A DNA stretch of 64,000 nucleotides from NCBI GenBank assembly GCA_018064805.1, contig JAGHUN010000066.1, positions 1,680 to 65,679 of the forward strand, written 5' to 3'. Shown piece by piece: positions 58,988 to 64,000 of this stretch. Within the stretch, counting starts at the first letter, position 1; each line of letters begins with the position of its first letter. This stretch comes from Candidatus Colinaster scatohippi (GTDB lineage: Bacteria; Bacillota; Clostridia; Lachnospirales; Lachnospiraceae). Under the pieces are notes generated by a model. That model had not been told where the DNA came from, did no database searches, and worked only from the letters and a program-made list of their open reading frames with translations. The translations under genes were made by a program, and so were the position numbers.

Positions 58988-59509
58988 CTACGAGAACATA
59001 ATGTCTCTGAATACAACATTGTAAATAAACTTAGAGCCATACATCTGCTGAATTCTTGCAAGAATCTCTTCTCTAAGCATATCAGGATTACTTTCAGCCT
59101 CTTCAATCGAGTGTGACTGAATAACTGAGAAAATTTCACTCTTAATCAAGTCTTCTTTTTCACTTACAGTTGCTGCATACTTCTCATAATCCGGATCCTG
59201 TTTGTTAAGAGAAAGTGAAACTGAAACAAGGCAGTAATGGGTCTCACCATCAGCCCCCTTTGCAAGTGAAATAGTCATCTGATCAGCAATTGCATATACC
59301 TCAATATCATCCATCGATATCTCTGCAGTAGTCTCATCACCACTTCCCGCAACATCAGCAACCTCTAAAGAAAGTGCACTTGCAATTCCATCAATAAGTC
59401 TCGATGTCTTTTTCATTGTTCCCATAACAGAGAACATCATAACTGATGTAAGCGCCACATTTACAATAAGCAGTGCAAGTATCAGTATCGAAATCATATT
59501 CTTTTTCAT
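58988..59509 (-). CDS. fliL: Flagellar basal body-associated protein FliL
   Basis: N-terminal TM, FliL-like C-terminus, directly upstream of fliM. Confidence 0.82.
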   Translation of the reverse strand: MKKNMISILILALLIVNVALTSVMMFSVMGTMKKTSRLIDGIASALSLEVADVAGSGDETTAEISMDDIEVYAIADQMTISLAKGADGETHYCLVSVSLSLNKQDPDYEKYAATVSEKEDLIKSEIFSVIQSHSIEEAESNPDMLREEILARIQQMYGSKFIYNVVFRDIMFS

Positions 59510-59535
59510 TAATTTGTATACTCCTTAACAACATA

Positions 59536-60384
59536 TTAGTTAGAACTAAGGTTGTTATATATCTTAATCTCTATACGTCGGTTCTTAGCCCTTCCTTCCG
59601 GTGTCGAATTATCTGCTACAGGTATATATTCTCCTCTTCCGGAATGCTTAATCTTAGCAGGATCAAGAGAAGTATGACCTACCAGGTAATTAAACATAGC
59701 AAGAGCTCTGTATGAGCTTAAAACATCATTACTTTCAAATCTGCTTGTACTAATCGGAACATTATCAGTATGTCCCTCTATCTCAATAGTACTCTCTGCA
59801 TATCTAGACAAGATCATTGAAACCTTATCAATCATTGGAAGCGCTTCCTTTTTGAGTTCCGCAGAACCGGAATCAAAAAGAACCGAACCCTTCAAAGTAA
59901 GTAATACATATTGAGATGTAAAATCTACATCTACGTCTTCATCCAAGCCGTTTTCATTCAGTGCTTCACCAATCTTATCAGCAAGCTCCTCACTTGCATC
60001 TAATTGTGCCTGCTCAAGTGCAGCCTGCATCTGATCCATATTTTCTTCAGACTCAGAACCACCGGCCTCATCTTTTTTGAAATCATTATTTTTAGCAGTC
60101 TGCTCCGCAGCCGCACCGGTATTATTGATATATTTATCAAGATTATTAAGCTGACTTACACCATTACTTATAAGTAAGCCCTCATCAAAAGATGAGCCAC
60201 CGGCCGAAAAAATACTGAATGTATTAGAAAACGAAGAGGCAATCTCTTCGAATTTCTTAGCATCTACCGAAGACATAGAGAATAGCAAAACGAAGAAACA
60301 CAGAAGCAGGTTCATCAGATCGGCAAAGGTACTTTGCCACGCCGGTGCTCCCTTCGGTGCTTCCTCAGCCTTTCTCTTAGCCAT
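59536..60384 (-). CDS. motB: Flagellar stator B subunit (MotB/MotS/PomB-like)
   Basis: W..TFADLM.LLLCFFVLLFSMS TM helix; OmpA-like domain IEGHTD...LS..RA...NRRIEI. Confidence 0.94.
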   Translation of the reverse strand: MAKRKAEEAPKGAPAWQSTFADLMNLLLCFFVLLFSMSSVDAKKFEEIASSFSNTFSIFSAGGSSFDEGLLISNGVSQLNNLDKYINNTGAAAEQTAKNNDFKKDEAGGSESEENMDQMQAALEQAQLDASEELADKIGEALNENGLDEDVDVDFTSQYVLLTLKGSVLFDSGSAELKKEALPMIDKVSMILSRYAESTIEIEGHTDNVPISTSRFESNDVLSSYRALAMFNYLVGHTSLDPAKIKHSGRGEYIPVADNSTPEGRAKNRRIEIKIYNNLSSN

Positions 60385-61171
60385 CCTGATCACCTCCCTG
60401 AGCCTCTAATGCAGCCTTCTCAGCCGGAGTCAGGAACGACTTCAGTTTCTCTTCAATAACTCGTGGATTCTCACCGGCCTGAATAGATAACAGGCCTTCT
60501 ATCATAATCTCCTTTGTCTGCATCTCTTCTTCATTACGAAGCTTGAGCTTGGCACCAACAGGAGCACATATCCAGTTAGCAAGAAGTGAACCATACAAGG
60601 TTGTCAAAAGGGCAACCGCCATAGCAGGTCCGATAGACGACGGATCACTCATGTTCTGAAGCATGTTAACAAGACCGATAAGAGTACCGATCATACCCCA
60701 CGCAGGACCCATGGCACCAAGATTCTCCCAGAATCCTATCTTACCACGATGTCGCGCATCAATGTTAACCATCTCCGTCTCCATAATCGCTCTAACAAGT
60801 TCAGGATCAGTACCGTCAACAATAAGCAGAATACCTTTCTTCATAAACGCATCATCAAGTTCAGCAGCTGCTTCCTCTAACGACAATAAGCCCTCCTTAC
60901 GTGCTACATTGGAGAGATCGATTACTTTCTTTATTATATTGGAAACATTCTGGTCTGAAGCCTTAAACGTCAGCGTAATAGACTTAAAACCCGCAATATA
61001 TTCCGGTATTGAGTATGATGCAAGAATACACATAAATGCACCACCAAACGTGATAAGCGCTGATGGAACATCAAGGAAACTTACTACGGCTGAAATACCG
61101 TTACCCCAAACGATACCGAAAATACATAATGCAAAGCAGACTAAAAGACCTATTAAGGTTGCTATATCCAC
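60377..61171 (-). CDS. motA: Flagellar stator A subunit (MotA/MotP/PomA-like)
   Basis: ARKEGLLSLE, PAWGMIGTLIGL, AVALLTTLYG, GENPR. Confidence 0.94.
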   Translation of the reverse strand: MDIATLIGLLVCFALCIFGIVWGNGISAVVSFLDVPSALITFGGAFMCILASYSIPEYIAGFKSITLTFKASDQNVSNIIKKVIDLSNVARKEGLLSLEEAAAELDDAFMKKGILLIVDGTDPELVRAIMETEMVNIDARHRGKIGFWENLGAMGPAWGMIGTLIGLVNMLQNMSDPSSIGPAMAVALLTTLYGSLLANWICAPVGAKLKLRNEEEMQTKEIMIEGLLSIQAGENPRVIEEKLKSFLTPAEKAALEAQGGDQDG

Positions 61172-61213
61172 TATACTTGACCCTGATTTCTACCATAAAT
61201 ACACGATATTGTA

Positions 61214-61399
61214 TTAATTGACAGAAATTTCCTTTCTATACGATTTTACTAAATTATTAATCTCTTGTCTACTTTCTTTTACAATTATTTTGCGCCCGGT
61301 CGTTAACGTAATCATTGTATCGGGAGTAGATTCTACCATCTCAATAAGATCCGGATTTATAAGAGTTTTTACTCCATTTAACTTAGTTATTTCAATCAT
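61214..61399 (-). CDS. flbD: Flagellar protein FlbD/SwrD
   Basis: MIEITKLNG...INPDLIE.VE.TPDT.ITLTTG.K..VKES. Confidence 0.92.
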   Translation of the reverse strand: MIEITKLNGVKTLINPDLIEMVESTPDTMITLTTGRKIIVKESRQEINNLVKSYRKEISVN

Positions 61400-61424
61400 T
61401 TTATCGTACCTTTATAGACGCCTA

Positions 61425-61454
61425 AAGCCAGGAAATACTTAAATTTCCTGGCTT
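61425..61454. other. Stem-loop after flgE
   Basis: AAGCCAGGAAAT...ATTTCCTGGCTT, a 12-bp stem. Confidence 0.65.
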
Positions 61455-61480
61455 CAAACATTTATTTAATTTGTTACTTA

Positions 61481-63463
61481 TTATCTCTTAAGGTTAACAA
61501 GTTCTTCAAGAAGTGTATCAGAAACTGTGATAATACGTGAGTTAGCCTGGAAACCTCTCTGTGTTGTAATCATATCTGTAAACTCAGCAGACAAGTCAAC
61601 ATTTGACATTTCAAGTACACCTGTTGTCATGTATCCACCACCGGATGTTACTTCTACACCGATACCATCAAATTCACCTGAGTTCTGGGTTGATGTATAA
61701 AGGTTATCACCTTCCTTGGCAAGACCTGATGCATTAGCGAATTCCGCTGTTGCAATCTGTCCAAGAAGTCTTGACATACCATTATCATATGATGCATAAA
61801 TTCTACCATCATTCTGAATGGTAACACCACTCATCTCACCAAGCTTACGTCCTGTTCCAACATTATTTGTATCACCATTACTAGCTGTAATTGTTGATGT
61901 ACCCGAATTGTTATACATTGTTGTTCCGGAGAAATCAATACTTATATCAGAGAAATTCTGAAGCGAAACCGGATTACCATTTGTTGCTGTTGCCTGAGCC
62001 GCAAAGTCGAGTGTTACAGCAGTAGTACCCTGACCACCGATTCCAAGGAACTTACCTGTATCTGTATCAAAATAAAGTACATTACCGGCGCCGGCTGCTA
62101 TTCTTGTAACCTGAGCCTTTCCATCAGGAGCTATATCAAATGAATATGATACTCCATCACCGGCATCTGTTATACCATATGCTGCAATTGCATTAGCATT
62201 AACTGTTGCATCAAGCTTCTCACTAAATGTCTGAGAGTCAATAGTAATATCCTGACCGCCAACTGTAAAATCCTGATCAAATGCAATCTGTACATTACCT
62301 TCAGCATCCGGACCTGTTACCGTAAAATTCTTAGCATTCGGATAACTTGTTCCAAGGAATGTTTCAAATGTAATATCATCAGGAATATAACTACCTGTTC
62401 CTGTTGCACTATCAAGATAATAATAATTAGATGTATCCGGCTGATATACAAGCTGATAATCAGTCTGAAGTGTAGCCTTAGTCAATGTAGCAGAACCCTG
62501 TGCTGTTACAGTTGCACCGGCTGTAAGCTGTCCATCCGGCCACGAATATGATACACCAGGCATTTTATCAGTCTTATAATCACTTAATGCTTCTGCAGGA
62601 CTTGTAACATGATTAAATGATGCAGGCGCTGTCGGATCATATGTATATCCACTGGCAAGTCCACGAAGCTCAGTTGTTGTCTGAGACTGTGTACTACCAA
62701 ATGATGCAATATCACTGATGTCTGCAATACCAAGAGCCTTTGTAAGCGACTGGTTTTCAGAATCAAGGATATCTGCCAAAGAAACTGTATACTGTCCCTC
62801 TACACCTGTGTCCTTAATATTGAGTCTTGCTGTGTATGAATAACCAAGGTTATCATAGAAAAGCATGTTGATATTCTTTCCTGATGAGCTTGTAACATTT
62901 GTATCATGCTTATCAAGAATACCTGCTACCTTAGCTTTAGTTGTTGACTCAGGTGGATATGTCATATTCTCTGCGCTCATAATACGAAGCGGAGATACTG
63001 TATCCTGCTTAATATTATTAGGATCTGTCGGATCAACCTGCCATCCCATAACATTATAACCGTTTGAGGTCATTGCAAGGTTACCAAGTCCATCTACATA
63101 GAAAGAACCATCTCTCGTAAAATATGTATTGCTTCCATCAGAAACTACGAAAAAGTTGCTTCCTGTAATTCTGATATCAAATGGATTATTTGTTGTCTGT
63201 GAAGCACCCTGTGTACTAATTGCTGTATTGATAGCTCCGGTCTTAACACCAAGACCAATCTGTCTTGCATTAATACCTGCTCTACCTGTTGCCGCATTGG
63301 CACCTGATGCTGCCTGGGTTGTCTGATACATTAATTCAGAAAAAGTAACAGACTGCGATTTGTATGCTACAGTATTTACATTCGCGATATTATTACCAAT
63401 AACGTCCATTTTAGTCTGGTGTGTCTTAAGACCCGCAACACCAGAGTACATTGATCTCATCAT
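61481..63463 (-). CDS. flgE: Flagellar hook protein FlgE (660 aa, large central insertion)
   Basis: MMRSMYSGVAGL...GNNIANVNT, TRDGSF, LEMSNVDL..EFTDMI..QRGFQANS. Confidence 0.95.
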   Translation of the reverse strand: MMRSMYSGVAGLKTHQTKMDVIGNNIANVNTVAYKSQSVTFSELMYQTTQAASGANAATGRAGINARQIGLGVKTGAINTAISTQGASQTTNNPFDIRITGSNFFVVSDGSNTYFTRDGSFYVDGLGNLAMTSNGYNVMGWQVDPTDPNNIKQDTVSPLRIMSAENMTYPPESTTKAKVAGILDKHDTNVTSSSGKNINMLFYDNLGYSYTARLNIKDTGVEGQYTVSLADILDSENQSLTKALGIADISDIASFGSTQSQTTTELRGLASGYTYDPTAPASFNHVTSPAEALSDYKTDKMPGVSYSWPDGQLTAGATVTAQGSATLTKATLQTDYQLVYQPDTSNYYYLDSATGTGSYIPDDITFETFLGTSYPNAKNFTVTGPDAEGNVQIAFDQDFTVGGQDITIDSQTFSEKLDATVNANAIAAYGITDAGDGVSYSFDIAPDGKAQVTRIAAGAGNVLYFDTDTGKFLGIGGQGTTAVTLDFAAQATATNGNPVSLQNFSDISIDFSGTTMYNNSGTSTITASNGDTNNVGTGRKLGEMSGVTIQNDGRIYASYDNGMSRLLGQIATAEFANASGLAKEGDNLYTSTQNSGEFDGIGVEVTSGGGYMTTGVLEMSNVDLSAEFTDMITTQRGFQANSRIITVSDTLLEELVNLKR

Positions 63464-63548
63464 AACTTTTGTCCTCCTGGTATACCCAGTTGGTAATCAC
63501 CATTTCATCTGTCAGTCAGAAATGTGAGCCTCCTTATGAGGTCCAGCT

Positions 63549-63950
63549 CTATACGATTACCGCACCGTCTATATTTGTAAAAATCGAATCATTACTTTCA
63601 GCCTGATCCATGGCTGTTATTACTGTCTGGCTTGGTACATTTACTATAAAAGCAAATCCATCCATTAACATAAGTGAATCCTTTATTCCTTTTGACTCAG
63701 CTCTTTGAATTCCACCTTCAAGTCTGCCTATTTGTGAATCATCTAGTGTAATATCTCTTGTTGCCAGCCTTGACTGTGCATGTTTGCTGAATTTTAGTTC
63801 ACTTCCCTGTGAAGTAATTCCATTTAATCTGTCCAGTACACTCTGGAAAGAATCGCCTCCGGAAGTTTCAACCGTATTCTTTGCAGGACTGTTTAAATAT
63901 CTGTCCTTAAGCTGGTCAATGGAAAGGAACTGATTATTCTGAATATTCAT
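63549..63950 (-). CDS. TIGR02530-family flagellar operon protein
   Basis: LKFSKHA..RL..R.I and TVITAMD...FTNIDGAV; upstream of flgE. Confidence 0.9.
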   Translation of the reverse strand: MNIQNNQFLSIDQLKDRYLNSPAKNTVETSGGDSFQSVLDRLNGITSQGSELKFSKHAQSRLATRDITLDDSQIGRLEGGIQRAESKGIKDSLMLMDGFAFIVNVPSQTVITAMDQAESNDSIFTNIDGAVIV

Positions 63951-64000
63951 TCTCTTCCCTCCGGTATAGCACTATCTGCTATTCTTCTTCCTTTGCACTC

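Noticed and set aside
2060-63326. Numerous antisense or alternate-frame ORFs in the track
   Set aside because: They overlap well-supported genes and lack recognisable motifs; treated as shadow ORFs.
63972-64000. 3' end of a probable flgD
   Set aside because: Expected from gene order, but only about 20-29 nt are visible and two frames are possible.

Overview
A 64 kb stretch of low-GC chromosomal DNA from a Bacillota/Clostridia organism; gene order suggests Lachnospiraceae, but this is inferred. Almost all genes are on the minus strand. From left to right: the 5' part of glpK; a membrane CBM2-like/HD-GYP protein (the only clear plus-strand gene); the tig-clpP-clpX-lon-engB cluster; a NitT/TauT-type ABC importer with a TM1266-family regulator; a maltodextrin locus (ABC importer, malQ, LacI regulator, triple tandem operator); a DUF853 ATPase; a sugar-sensor GGDEF cyclase; a shikimate cluster (pheA-aroC-aroE/K-aroQ-aroA-DAHP synthase); a GH16-CBM4 lipoprotein; an orphan PilZ protein; rpsB-tsf; and about 27 kb of a flagellar/chemotaxis cluster (flgE to fliA and downstream genes). 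No rRNA, tRNA, integrase, intact transposase or cas gene was seen. The most notable unexplained features are: (1) a non-coding, GC-rich 64-bp tandem array at 35965-36319, built as six 36-nt hairpin units separated by five near-identical 28-nt linkers, between the chemotaxis terminator and the rpsB promoter; (2) a CheX-like phosphatase with tandem MshEN c-di-GMP-binding motifs, paired with a second CheY under its own promoter; (3) a putative carbohydrate-to-c-di-GMP-to-motility circuit spread over the window; (4) structured intergenic elements at about 14.0, 30.9 and 63.5 kb. All family assignments come from recognising motifs by eye; no database search was run.
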